Positions 1-11,624 of a DNA stretch of 64,000 nucleotides are shown in pieces. The notes beneath the pieces are model-generated. The model made no database searches. It worked only from the letters and a program-made list of their open reading frames with translations, and had not been told where the DNA came from. Made by a program: the position numbers and the translations under genes. Position 1 is the first letter of the stretch, and every line of letters begins with the position of its first letter. The DNA comes from Oikopleura dioica. Lineage: Eukaryota; Animalia; Chordata. The DNA lies in the NCBI GenBank assembly GCA_907165135.1, contig OU015568.1, forward strand, positions 992,001-1,056,000. The letters are read 5' to 3'.

Positions 1-682
1 TGCTGATTGCAGCGTACATCATGCTCATTGTTCCCGTAAGTACTAGAAATTGTGAAAAACTTCTGTTCTGACTCCAAGTTGTTGATTCGAGCTATCGACC
101 ACGGCTCTCAAAAATAACTAATTTCTTTTTAGTTCTTCCCTCTCGTCGGTGCATTTTTGCGAAGAAAAGAAAGCAACCACGTTTGGGGCTCAAACTTGCC
201 TGGTATTTGCTCACTCGTTGCTGGTGCGCTCTACCTTGCCTGGTATTACACAGGTAAAGAAAGAAATAACCAACCAAAAATTTAACTTTAATTACTCAGA
301 AATCAAACCGAACGAACTTGATGAGATTGAAAAATTCAACAAAATCTTCAAAGCTTTCAATGCTCTCTCGCTTACTGTCACCCTTTTCGGAGCCTTAGCA
401 CTGATTCATCTTTGCTTCGCTTTCCTTGGAAATATCCTCTGCTCGAAATTCGGCTCTGGTGACAGACTTGTCGGACTTTTCACCTTCATTTTCATGACAA
501 TTGGTGAGATGAAATTTTCAAATTTAATCTTATTATTTTTCTAAGTTTTGGCTGTTTTGATCGCCGCTCCCGCTGCTGCTACTGCTCTCGGCTGGAAGTA
601 TGCCTTTGGTGCTTGCGACCACTGGCTTACCGGACTCACCCTTCTTAACAAACCAGAAATCGACTGGTCGAATCTTGATTAA
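1..682 (+). CDS. Multi-pass (tetraspan-like) membrane protein, 5' end outside window
   Basis: Exons joined by short GT-AG introns (e.g. 504-545). Hydrophobic segments FNALSLTVTLFGALALIHLCFAFLG and LVGLFTFIFMTIVLAVLIAAPAAATALGW; ends ...IDWSNLD* (TAA 680-682). Family not identified. Confidence 0.65.
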
Positions 683-1193
683 GACGCTCGACGAAAAGAT
701 ACCAAAAGAATGACATGAGAAATCATCGACGAAATTATTCCCTTTTTTGCTGTTTCATATCTTTCCCTAAATATGAGTCTTTTTACAAACAATAAATCTA
801 TTGATGCTGATTCGATATTGTTTTTTTCATGAAGATGATCTTTTACTCTTTTTAGGTATTAGCAATTGCAGATTTTTCAAGGAAAAGGCAGAGATTTCTA
901 TGAAGATGAAAGTGCTGACTTGGATTGAGGCGGTTACGAACTCTTTGAAGGAGGATATGATACGGAGTTGACGTAATAAAATCCAGAAGTTCTTAGCGCA
1001 GATTAAAGTAATAGTCCGCCCATTTCTAAGTTTACTCTTCAATTACTAAAAGAGCCTATTGACATTAAAAATTTTTCGAGAAGAAAAAAGGAATGAGTTC
1101 AATTTTGCACAGCCAATCAGATACAGTCAGCGTCCAACTGTATCAGTTCGCTCGATTTTTGAAAAAGAGAAAGAGAGAAAAAACGTAGTAAAA

Positions 1194-4077
1194 ATGAGCT
1201 CATCATCAGACTCGGAGCGTATCAAGTTGAACCCAATAAACTCGGAAGATCAAAAAGAGAAAGAAAAGAAAACAATGGCCTGGAGTAATTTTCTATTGTT
1301 GGTGACGTTTCCCCTCGAAGGGTTGATTTTCTTCGGGACAATTATGGGTACGTCTATCTTTCTTTAAATATCCTAAACAGACCTGTCCCCCTTAATTTTT
1401 CCTTTCAGGGTGGCCAAATATGGTCGAAGTCCTAAAACAACTCCATGTTTACGAAGATCTCTGCGATTTGAACTCAAACGAGACTGAAATAACCAACTCC
1501 ATCGTCAACTGCAATCAACGAGATGTCATTTTCAGCACTGCCGGGACCATCGGCGGCTTTTCTATGAATGTAATGACTCTTGTCTTCGGCCTTATCGTCG
1601 ACAAGAAAGGGCTTTTTCTGAGCAGGAGCTTGATAACTATCACGGTAACTGTTGGGCTCCTTTGCTTGATGTTCACGCCTGATGCAAACTGGCTCATGTT
1701 TCCGGGGATTTTCCTTCAGTCGGCGGGAGGATATGCTTTTGTCTTGACAAATGCAACGATGTCAACTCTTTTCCCGAAATTTGCAGCGATTGTTTTAGTT
1801 CTTGGACAGTGCTTGTTCCAGATTGCGAGCTCGTACTTCAGGAATGGCTGAGAAAATAAGCTGAGAGCAAGAAAGCCTTCGGAAACGAGGAGCTTTTTTG
1901 AGCCCAAGAAAAGAGTTTTGTCAATTATCTTCGATTCCGGAGTTCCATACAAATGGATCATCGGCGCAAATATTCTGTTGACGATTCCTGTTTGGATCAG
2001 AACCCTGTTTTTATTCCCCGAAAAACGATTTGAACTTGATATGAATGTTTTCAACGAAAGCTTTTTTGGTAAGTGATGATTTCATTTTATGCTCCTTTGA
2101 TCATTTTTCCAAATAACAGTAAGAAAATTGTGGTAAAGTTTATTTTTGTTTCAGAAATATCGTCTCTCGAAGACATGATATTGAATTTTATTTGGGGAAT
2201 ACTTGTCGAGTAGACCTATATCGACAATTCGGGAGGGAAAGATTAAAGGAGACAAAGGTGAAAATTTTTGTTGACCTTTTGAACTAAGCTACCATCGAGT
2301 AGAAGTAGGCATTTCGTAAGTCGTTGTTTGATATTCTCCCGACATACAGATTGCTTGGAGTTTGGTTTCGCATCCGTCTGGAAACAAAGCTGCATGATGG
2401 TCATTATCCAAATTGTGTGAGCTGCCCATAATGCCTCTAATTTGATTGTATCTAAGAGCCGAACAAGTAGAATTCGGGTAATAGAACCAAGAATAGTGAG
2501 TAATATCCGGATCTACCAAATCGCTGGTAATACTCGATACTAACTAAATAAGACATACTTAAAATCTGAAATAAGTAAAAAAAAACTAACCAGTTCTTCG
2601 CCATAAGGATTTTTATGGTTTGGTTGGAAAGCCAATTCCATGTCCTGCTCATTGCAATATTCTATTGCCTCATCGTACGTCATTAAATCATCGGATTTAT
2701 GATAAATGACTGGGTCGATCATCGGTGGCTCAGTTGTCTCATAATCCGTAGAGCCGTCCTTGCAATCTCCCTCCGAGAACTCGAGTGAAAGTTGATTTCC
2801 TCGCCGTGTTATTTTGTCGAGAACTTGGCCTTTATCAAGAGCCATTTGCGCGATTCTCTTGAAAATTTACCATGATAACATTTTTCAGAACCCCCTCCCC
2901 GTCAGCTGTCGGGGGTCCTTAAAAGATATCTTACTTCAATTTCTCCTGCTGGAACGTTGTTCAGCGGAATACAACTAGCAAAGGCGAAAAAATTGAAAAG
3001 CTTCATGTTTTTTCCTTAACGATTCAGTTTGATTTATTTCAAAAATTTTTTTCTTAAAGTACAAGGATTGGCAGGCGAGAGCATTTTTTTACAACATCTA
3101 AAAAAACTGCCCGCACGTGGGTCAATGCGCGCGGGCACTAGAAATAATCCCCGAGCGCAGAGGTAAACCGCATGGGACAGAAGTTCTAACCATTCATTAT
3201 CCGCAACTGGGTTATTTTTACCCGTCGCGTTCTGCATGATAAGAAACTAGATTCGCAATAATTACTAGGAAAACGATTCCGAAAAACACCGATTGAGCCG
3301 GAAAAAAATGATGGAAAGAAAATGGAAGACAAAAGCGACAACACAGCGAAAGAAAAAGAATCGAGTTTGAAATATTTCAAAGACGTCAATTACCTGATCA
3401 TGGTGGTTTGGATCGTCTTTGCCAATCTCAACGTTCTCTTCTGCACTTTCACTTGGAATGCGTACACAAGACTCGTAGCTGGAGATGATTATCAAACTCA
3501 TGTGAATAGTTTTGGCAACTTTGCTTGGACGGCTTCGATTTTCGCGATCACGGTTGGTTTGTGCTCTGATGGACTGACAAAAGTGTTCAACAAGAAAACG
3601 GCTGCTTTTGGAAAGATTCTTGGAGTCTTCATTTTTGTCATATTGAATTTGATTGTTGGCGTTATTTTCGGAATCCTACAGGTAAAAATTTTACTCAAAT
3701 TTTAATCTGAAATTTGTTTTTTCAAGTTGTCATTCGATGAAGATTTGTTGCTACCAACTGTTTTTATTTACAACATTTACAGAGCCTGGGCGTACTCACT
3801 CGTCGCCGTTTTTGTCAAATTCATGTTTCCGATGAAATTTTTCGGCAGCCTTCTAGGCGCGCAAAGATGCGCTCTTGGAATCACAAGGTAACAACTTTTG
3901 AAAAAATAGTTCATGATTTTTAGTTTGGCGATGCTTGGTCTGCCGGAAATCCCGAAAGAGTATGGAGAAGATGGATTCAGAGGGATCTTTTACTTCTTTA
4001 TTGCGACGCAGGTGGCAATGATTGCGTTTCCAATTATTTTGGGACGAAAACTTATCAGAATGAAAAATGAACAATAG
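1194..4077 (+). CDS. SLC43-family (LAT3/LAT4/SLC43A3-like) MFS transporter
   Basis: MSSSSDSE...LEGLIFFGTIM|GWPNMVEVLKQLHVYEDLC matches the SLC43 TM1/'GW..L..VLK...Y..LC' signature; about 12 hydrophobic segments. Introns include non-canonical 1842-1913 and a 1.2 kb intron 2069-3268. Stop TAG 4075-4077. Confidence 0.8.
1842..1913 (+). other. Non-canonical GA-AG intron (alternative GG-AG 1841-1915)
   Basis: The ORF stops at SSYFRNG*. Removing gaatggctga...cccaagaaaag restores SSYFR-VLSIIFDSGVPYKWII, and no GT donor gives this frame. Confidence 0.75.
2289..3006 (-). CDS. Secreted C-type-lectin-like protein nested antisense in the SLC43 intron
   Basis: Signal peptide MKLFNFFAFASC, GT-AG intron, then ...MTYDEAIEYCNEQDMELA... 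and ...CSAL...DGCETKLQAIC, the CTLD-like Cys pattern. One internal junction is unresolved. Confidence 0.6.
2888..2918. mobile_element. Collapsed relic (two termini joined) of the TTAA/GGAACCCCC MITE family
   Basis: gaaccccctccccgtcagctgtcgggggtcc|ttaa matches both ends of the copies at 28231 and 41799; lies in intron 1 of the lectin gene. Confidence 0.55.
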
Positions 4078-4200
4078 AATTGTGCCTTTTTTAAAAAAGA
4101 AATCACTGCTTGATGAAAATAAAATCTGTCAGACAAAAACAATTTATTGTTTCTGATTTCTTGAGAAGAGCATGATCAATTACTTAAGCTCAGTTACAAA

Positions 4201-4429
4201 TTAGGCCATTGGACTACAAGAAGTCTTTCTCAAGATTTTGTTCATCAGCTTTTTGGCTTTAGCGAGCTTCTGTGGGATTCTTTTACCAAGCCGCGTAGGA
4301 GATAGCTTATCGATGCGGTCGAGGCAGACGAAATCGTCATAAAAGCCCAAAAGGCTGTCGTAAAAGGTTTGAGCGGCGAAGCAGGGGTCAGCGATGTCGA
4401 TGGTTGGTTCAACGAAATCTGGGCCATTT
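4201..4429 (-). CDS. Tandem duplicate of the terminal exon of the SMB gene (alternative last exon or relic)
   Basis: Open frame NGPDFVEPTIDIADPCFAAQTFYDSLLGFYDDFVCLDRIDKLSPTRLGKRIPQKLAKAKKLMNKILRKTSCSPMA* is paralogous to the exon at 4621-4853. No upstream exons of its own. Confidence 0.65.
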
Positions 4430-4620
4430 CTTTTTTAAAAAATATCAAAAGAACAACAAATATCACTGAAGATTAAATCATTCAACTTTGAAAAACACTA
4501 ATCATTTTGTATCTAGATACATAATTCCTTTATTTGAGATAAATAATAAGAATTTCAGTGAATCACTAATCAAATGCCCTAAGAAAACTACGATCGAATT
4601 TCGATTGTTGATTATTTTTT

Positions 4621-5510
4621 CTAGACAATTGGTGAGCAGGATGGGGTCTTTCTCAAGATTCGGTTGAAGAGATTCTTCGCGTGCGCCAGTTGAGCGGGGA
4701 CTTTGGCGGCGATCTTTGGTGGAACTCGATCCAAGCAGACGAAGTCATCATAGAAGCCGAGGAGGGAGTTGTAGAAGGTTTCGGCGGCGAGGCAAGGATC
4801 AGTGATGGCGATGGTAGGATCGATGTAGTCTGGTGCAACTCCTTGTTTGAAAGCTTATCGATTAAAGTTCGAGATTTATAAAAAAGATTTCTATCAAAAA
4901 GCCTTTCCTGGGCCAGCACCGGCCGGGTTCACGCAGGGACTATCAACGTAGTCATTAAACCAGCCGAATCGCTGCTTTATCTTGTAGAAATTCTTCAGGC
5001 CATCGTTGGGATGATCGGAAACAGCGTCGTCAAGAACGAATTCGAGCTCGTCGTATTTCTCTTCCAGTTGAACGATTGTGGTTGTTGAAGTTGTTGTTGT
5101 GGTCGTTGTCGTTGAAGTTGTTGTCGTTGTTGTCGTCGTCGTTGTTGTCGTGTTGGATGCTCCTCCTGGGCCAGGTGCATTTGGGTCGCCGTTTTGGAAG
5201 CCACAAGAGCCTTATCGACAGAGTGGCAATTTTTTTTCTTGGAAAAATGAGAATGAAATCGCGCTCCGGTTCCTATTAAGATATTGCAAATGCCGGTGGT
5301 ATCGTAGTCATCACAGCAGTCGCCATACGAGCAGCAAACGGCATCGCAATAGCACCCATTGGAGCAAGATCCCCCGTTGCTTTCGAATTGACTTCCACAA
5401 CACTTAGGATTATCGACTGCCGCGCAGGAACCAGAAGATCGTTCTAGAGCCGTAATATTGCCCCGTTGTCTCTCTGCAAGAGTTGCCGTAAAAAGATAAA
5501 AAAGCTTCAT
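4621..5510 (-). CDS. Secreted somatomedin-B-like domain + Thr-rich linker + 4-Cys C-terminal domain protein
   Basis: Signal MKLFYLFTATLA; SMB-like CYCDAVCCSYGDCCDDY; poly-Thr stalk (5076-5150); last exon AFKQGVAPDYIDPTIAITDPCLAAETFYNSLLGFYDDFVCLDR...TPSCSPIV*. Confidence 0.75.
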
Positions 5511-6044
5511 TTTAGCAAAATTGATTTCCACGACTGACCAACGAGTGTTGTAAATTAAGGCCAAAATCGTTTTAACGATTATCTTTATTGCCTCTTCTGA
5601 GATTTAATGTTTGGTATGCTACTTCTGGACGAACGGGTTCATCGATCGGGATTTTCAATTGATATCATTTAAGCAAATTAAAAATTTTTCTGACCCCCAT
5701 AATGGGGGCCCCATTGGTTCGAATTTCAAATTTTAACATGAGCAAAAAAAAATATTTTTTTTTGTCATTTTTTCAGAAAACTTTTTTCGGTTTACATTGT
5801 ATCTTCTAGGGCTGCCAGTTCAACCAAAGATACGGGGAGGTGTCTGTTACCGATAAAAAAATTTCGACAAATTTTACGTTAAAATTTTCAACCAATCAGA
5901 ATCTTTGATTCCGGCAAACCGGCCAATCAGCAGCCGAGTAACCGTCCACGCGAAATTTTTGTCGGTTCTAGACACCATCTGACGATTCTACCGAAAATAG
6001 ATCTAGCGGCTAGCCTAAGATAAAATCAGATTTTAAATTGCTTT

Positions 6045-6694
6045 GACGCGCTTTTTTTAAGGTTACTGTATTTATTTCTCTCACTTACTACTTTGAAGAC
6101 CCAGATCATTATATATATTTGGAATCAGTAGATAATATCTAGAAACTTGACCATAACCGATTCTCAAAAATCACTTCCGTTTACGATTCTAGAGCCGAAC
6201 ATGTAAAAATCATTAACGAACGGTACCCAAAGAACCCCTAGACAATGGCATATCAAATTGAGTCTTGTGTCATTTTACTAAAATGATTTTAGAAAAGCCC
6301 GTGATAAAATAAAGGCTAGATAAGCTTTTCATAGGTGATTCTAGAGGCAGAAATTGATAAAATTTGAAAATCGGAAGTTGCGTCATCACAAAAAAACAGC
6401 ACTCACTCGCTTTAGCATCGAAAGAGAGCATATCTAGCCTTTATTTTATCACTGGCAACTCTAAAATGACACAAGACTCAATTTGATATGCCATTGTCTA
6501 AGGGTTCCTTGGGTACCGTTTGTTCATGATTTTCACATTTCCGGCTCTAGAATCGTAAACAGAAGTGATTTTTGAGAATCGGTTATGGTCACGTTTCTAG
6601 ATATTTTCTACTGATTCCAAATATATATAATGATCTGGGTCTTCAAAGTAGTAAGTTGGAGAAATAAATACAGTAACCTTAAAAAAAGCGCGTC
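6045..6694. mobile_element. Foldback/MITE with ~270 bp inverted arms (inner TTAA|GG...CC|TTAA element 6061-6678)
   Basis: 6045-6322 is the near-perfect reverse complement of 6431-6694 (gacgcgctttttttaaggttactgta / tacagtaaccttaaaaaaagcgcgtc). No ORF. Confidence 0.9.
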
Positions 6695-7526
6695 TTTGCG
6701 GTGAACCACGAACAATAATACTTTGGCGTCTACTATAATTTTCTGCCGCTCATGGCGTTAAAAATTTATTATGTTAGCGCTCACCGACGATGATTTAATA
6801 TGCTGACAACCCGTCAAAAATATATCGCAATAACCTTCTCAGGATAGAACCAACTCCAAAAAGAGCTGTTTTGGAAAGAATATTGATAAGAAAATTGATA
6901 AACAATTCACTTTTTTAAAAATTTTTAATTTGACCGGAATTTTTCGTTAAAAAAACGATACAAAAACCAACGTCAACTCAAACAGAAAAAATAAAATCAA
7001 AATCCAAAGCGACCATTGATTTCGGCTTATTTCTAGAACACCAAACAACCGGACCTGGGAAAATGATTGACGGTTCCGACTCTTGTGACTCACAACATCC
7101 CAAGAGCCGCCAATTTATGAGAGTCAGATGTTCAATTGGCGCCGCGGTTAGTGGATGATAAAATAAGGTAGCTCTTATGTTTATTGCTGTTGCCGGTTAC
7201 CATTGACGATAAGTCTATTTCAAAGGTTCTCACGAATAACGACATAATCATAACGTGTCTAAAAACGTCTTATGATTCAAAAGTTATGAATAAAAATCTG
7301 CTGAAATAAAAAATAAATTGAAGTTTTTTGTCCTCTTTCATCTCTTTCACTACTTTTCTTGATTCGAGTTTAACACCTCGTAAGAAGGACTCTGAAAAGA
7401 TTGTTGGTTCTAGCAGCTTGTGCCTTGTTGACTGAGGGAACCGATCTGACAGCTTGCTCAATAAAGTTCGGGTTTTATCAAAAGTGATATTTACCGCGAG
7501 CAGCTCAGATTTATGGAAGTTGAAAG

Positions 7527-9168
7527 ATGAGGGAGAGAAATATTTCCGTCAAGCTGAGAATTCGGCCACAGAAGGAGATAACCAACGAAGTTATCAAAGT
7601 GGTCAAAAACAAAAAGGCTGAAATCGAAGAGGATCGCATAAAATTCAAAAATCATGAATTTTTCCCCGACGAAATGTATGTTGAAGAATTACAGTTAATT
7701 ATGAAATTTTTGGACATTTTTTGTCCCAAGATTTTCGCAAAAATGTCCAAAAATTTGATACACGCTGCCAAAAAAAATGTCCCATCCAAAACGCTTAAAA
7801 AATTTTTTTTTGAGAAAAATCTCCATCATCCTCTGTTTCATCCTTCTTCTTTAGACAAAAAATGTTCTAGGGGTACGAGATCAACCTTCAATCTTATCTT
7901 TCTCAAAGAAAAAGTATGATTTTTCATAAGAAAAAACGTCATATTTGGCAAAAAACAGAAAATTTAAAATCTAAGCGCAGAAAATGTCCAAAAATTTGAT
8001 ACAGTCACTTTTGAAAAGTGTCCCAAGAAAACCGCTTAAAATTGCAAAAATGCCCAAAAATTTGATGTCCAAAAATTCCATAAAAAACTGTATCGTTATC
8101 AGCACTTTTAAAAAAATGCAAAAAAAGAAAGCCCAAAATCATAAAAACTTTTAGTTTTCGATCAGATGGAGACTACATCAAGCTCGAGAACGGATACCTC
8201 GCCCCACTATTCGTCCCAAACCCGACTTTTTGCGACCAAGGAATAATTTTCTATGAGGTTGCTCAGCCAATGATTGATGCTCTCTGGCAACACGAAAGGT
8301 AGAAAGACCAGTGTTTCTGTGAAAGACACTCTTCTTAGTTCGACCCTTATTCTGACAGGCCCGTCAGAATCAGGGAAAAGATATACGCTTCTTGGAACAG
8401 AGGATAATCCTGGAATACTCAAAGTTCTGTTTGGCCAGATTTTCGATGTCGTCAATCAAAAGCGTCTCCAAGGGCAAAAAACGAAAGTCAACTTTTCAGC
8501 AGTGCAAATTTATGATGAGCAGATTCAAAACTTAGCGAGGCATCCAGCTTCATGGCCTTCCAAGGGTCTTCCATCACATACCTACAGGTTGAATTGAGAT
8601 TTTCTTTTTCGACTTTCACGATAAATTTAGACGGATTGAATTCTTTGATAGCATTGATGAAAATGTATTCAACGAAAGTGAAGCCTCTCGTTTGCTGAAT
8701 AGAGCGGTGGAAAATCAAAAAGAATTCATGGAAGAAAATTTCGTGACGAAAGAAGAAGTCCATACTCTTTTCAGAGTGAAGCTAACACAAATAATCGGCA
8801 TGCAAGCAAAAGAAGCAACGATGACTTTTGTGGTGATGACTGCTTCGGAACTCAAGCATTACAATGGAAAGGTTATTTCTAGCAACAGGTAGAACGAGCA
8901 GTTTTCATTGAAAGAAAAATTTATTTCTAGAAGAAAAACGACAAAAGACACTCATCAAGACCTTTTATCCTGGCTCCAATTTCTGAAATCTCCAACTCAA
9001 AAAAGACCAAAGCAAAGTTTTTGCGCCCTGACGAAAATCATGAAGGAATCATTCTTTCGAAGCTCGGAAATCTGCGTCCTTGGCACGATCTTCCCGCCTT
9101 CGGAGAATTCTGCAACTTTTACATTTCTGTCAGATCTTGGTTCTCTCATGAAAAATAAAGAATTCTAA
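7527..9168 (+). CDS. Highly divergent kinesin-motor-domain protein (probable pseudo-ATPase)
   Basis: N-term ISVKLRIRP (kinesin 'V.VRVRP'); P-loop region ILTGPSESGKRYTLLGTEDNPGIL; VNFSAVQIYDEQIQNL ('S..EIYNE.I.DLL'); C-term ALTKIMKESFFRSSEICVLGTIFP ('KLTRLLQDSLGGNSKT.MI..ISP'). Stop at 9168. First intron junction unresolved. Confidence 0.75.
7686..8150. repeat. Decayed AT-rich repeat (aaaatgtccaaaaattt units, both orientations) in the kinesin intron
   Basis: Unit recurs at ~7739, ~7981, ~8048 and ~8065, with an inverted copy at ~7686. Confidence 0.6.
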
Positions 9169-9463
9169 GGCTCAATCTTTCAAATTATTCTTTCTTTTTC
9201 TTTGCTCAATTATTCAGAATTTCATCGATCGACTCTACTCTTTTTCAACCAAACGGTTTCTAGCCTTGAATCTTCGAAGAAAAAATGCGCTTAATTTTAT
9301 TGATTTGTTCAGTTAGAGGAAAGATATGGAATTTTATGGTCGACGAAATGGGAAAAACCTCAGAGGATGCGCAAGAGGAAGAATTGAAGTATTCAAAGGC
9401 GGAGCCGTGTTTATTTGAGTTTCAATATTTTTGAAGAGTTTTAAAGATACCTCGAATTAGAAA

Positions 9464-11494
9464 ATGATAAAACTCTCAAGAGATGTTGAAGGGGGTCATA
9501 ATTTCCCGAAAACCAAAGGAGAGCCACCAGATATCCAGCTCAAAGAAAACCTGCGCGAATGCATGGACTTGGGAATCGATTGCGTTCGAAAGCTGAACTT
9601 ACAGCACTTCCACTGCGATCGCCTACCCCCGCGCCCCGAGTTCATTCTAGAGGAGCACGTCGAAAATAGCAATTTTGACAAGGTCTATTCTACTGGAACA
9701 ACTGGAATGTCTTACACGATGGAGGGCAACAATCCCTGGATTATTGGCGGCCAGAACTTTACCATCACAAACACGACTATGAAAATGCAGTGGAACTACG
9801 CTGGAAATGTTTTGAAGGGATACAAATGGGAAAAGAGCTGGATAAAGATGGCGTATCTAAATATTCCAAGAACAGGGGCTGTTTCGGAGTTTTTTAATGG
9901 GAAAGTTTGGACTTGTGGAGGAGCGACGAATGGGAATGAAATCAGGAAAAGATTTGTTTTTCGACTCAAAATAAATTTTTTTCGATCATTTGAAAATCTG
10001 GAAAAGTGATGAAAACGTCGAACTCGGCATCCACAAACTCAAAGAATTTCAAAATGGAACCCATCGGCTAATCAACAATACCCTTCCTTACGATTTCAAA
10101 GTGCTGAGTACTTCAATGGCCTTTCTCGACTCATTGCCAGAAGAATACTCTGGTCTTGACGCAAATATTATTGCGAAGAAGTTGTGGGCGAGAAGAAGTC
10201 CTCACGCCGGACCGGGCGAGGAAGGCGACGGGGTAAAACATGGCTTAGATTTTTTCCTGATAGATTTTTAGTGGAGTGCGGGGCTGGAATTTGCAATGAC
10301 CGCTACTGGCCCTTATGGCGGGTGGAAAGGGAATCCGAAGCATAGAATCTTTTTCGATAATTTTGACATCCGCGAAACCGCGACATGCGAGATCTACATC
10401 GACAGAGATGTCGACAAAAAAGGCTGGCACTACCAGTTCATCCCACCAGGACCGTCTCAAGAGCAAATTAATAACGCGCCTAAAGACAGATGGGAGTTTC
10501 ACAGCGAACAGATGAATGTTGCCCGGAGATCTGCATCCTCTGGCGTCGTGAAAATCCTGGAAGAAGATGTCGAAAATGGAGTTTCTTTTCTTCAAGAGTA
10601 TTTTTACGTCATTGGTGGGGAGCAATCGTGCCCGGGTTGTATTTGGCCCGGAAAATCGAAGAGTTTGTTGAGCTCGGTTGAAATCATGAGTCTCAAAAAT
10701 GAAGAATACAAATGGGAGTTCGGGCCCTCGCTCCCAGGAATGTTTCATTCATTGCTTTTTTGAGAGTAAAAAATGACTGTTTGAAATTATAAAAAAGAAC
10801 CGATTTGCTGCGCCAGCTCGATTGTCATTGTTGACATCATTTATCTCTCTGGAGGGCTAGTTTTGAGCGAAGAAAAAGAGCTGGTGAAATCCGACAAAGT
10901 CTTGCGACTAAAACATGGAACATCGGAATGGACTCACTTTCGAACAATGAAGGTACCAAGGGCGTTTCATGGAAGCTTCATGTTTCAGAAACTGCTCAAG
11001 ACGAAATCGAGCGAAGTCGGTGAAGGTAGGTTTTGGATGTACTTGATCGATTTTTAACCTTGTTTGAAGATGATATAATTCTTGTTGGAGGGACAAATGT
11101 AGTTTCAATCAAGACTGGCGAGCTTGATGCTTTTGGAGAAGAAGAAACTATTGACGTCCGTGCCGAGCATATCCCGATAACTGGAGATAAAGGAGCCGGT
11201 CTTTATTTATTCAATATTCATTTTTATCCGAAAATAATCAAAAACGCCCATCTATTGAACTTTTATTGACATCGATAGGCACCATGTGTCGATATTTAGT
11301 TAAGCTCGTGTCAAATCTTGACCACTATAAAAGCGCTCGAAGTAAAAAACTTCAATCGAACTTTCGACAGAGGAGTAATTTTCACAACGATACAAATGCA
11401 TCCAGACGCTGAGCCGCATGATTCGCCAAATACTGGTTTTGAGAATGAAATTTCCATGATTGTCGCATTCATCGCATTCTTGCTACTTGAATAA
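9464..11494 (+). CDS. Kelch-repeat beta-propeller protein with hydrophobic C-terminal tail
   Basis: Kelch motifs MAYLNIPRTGAVSEFFNGKVWTCGG, FYVIGGEQSC...SSVE...WEFGPSLP and WTHFRTMKVPRAFHG; ends ...NTGFENEISMIVAFIAFLLLE*. True start lies upstream (~9330-9460) and is unresolved. Confidence 0.7.
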
Positions 11495-11624
11495 AATTTC
11501 AAAAGCAATAAAATCTTTACTTCGAAAGCACATATAAAATTTATTGAACACGAAACAAGAATTATTCCAGTTAATTTTTAAAATGATAAAAGGGCACAAA
11601 AAACTGGCTAAGATGCATTTGATT

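Noticed and set aside
4854-4907. Possible additional GA-AG intron in the SMB gene
   Set aside because: A canonical GT donor 12 nt upstream gives the same phase, and there is no terminal stem; not counted.
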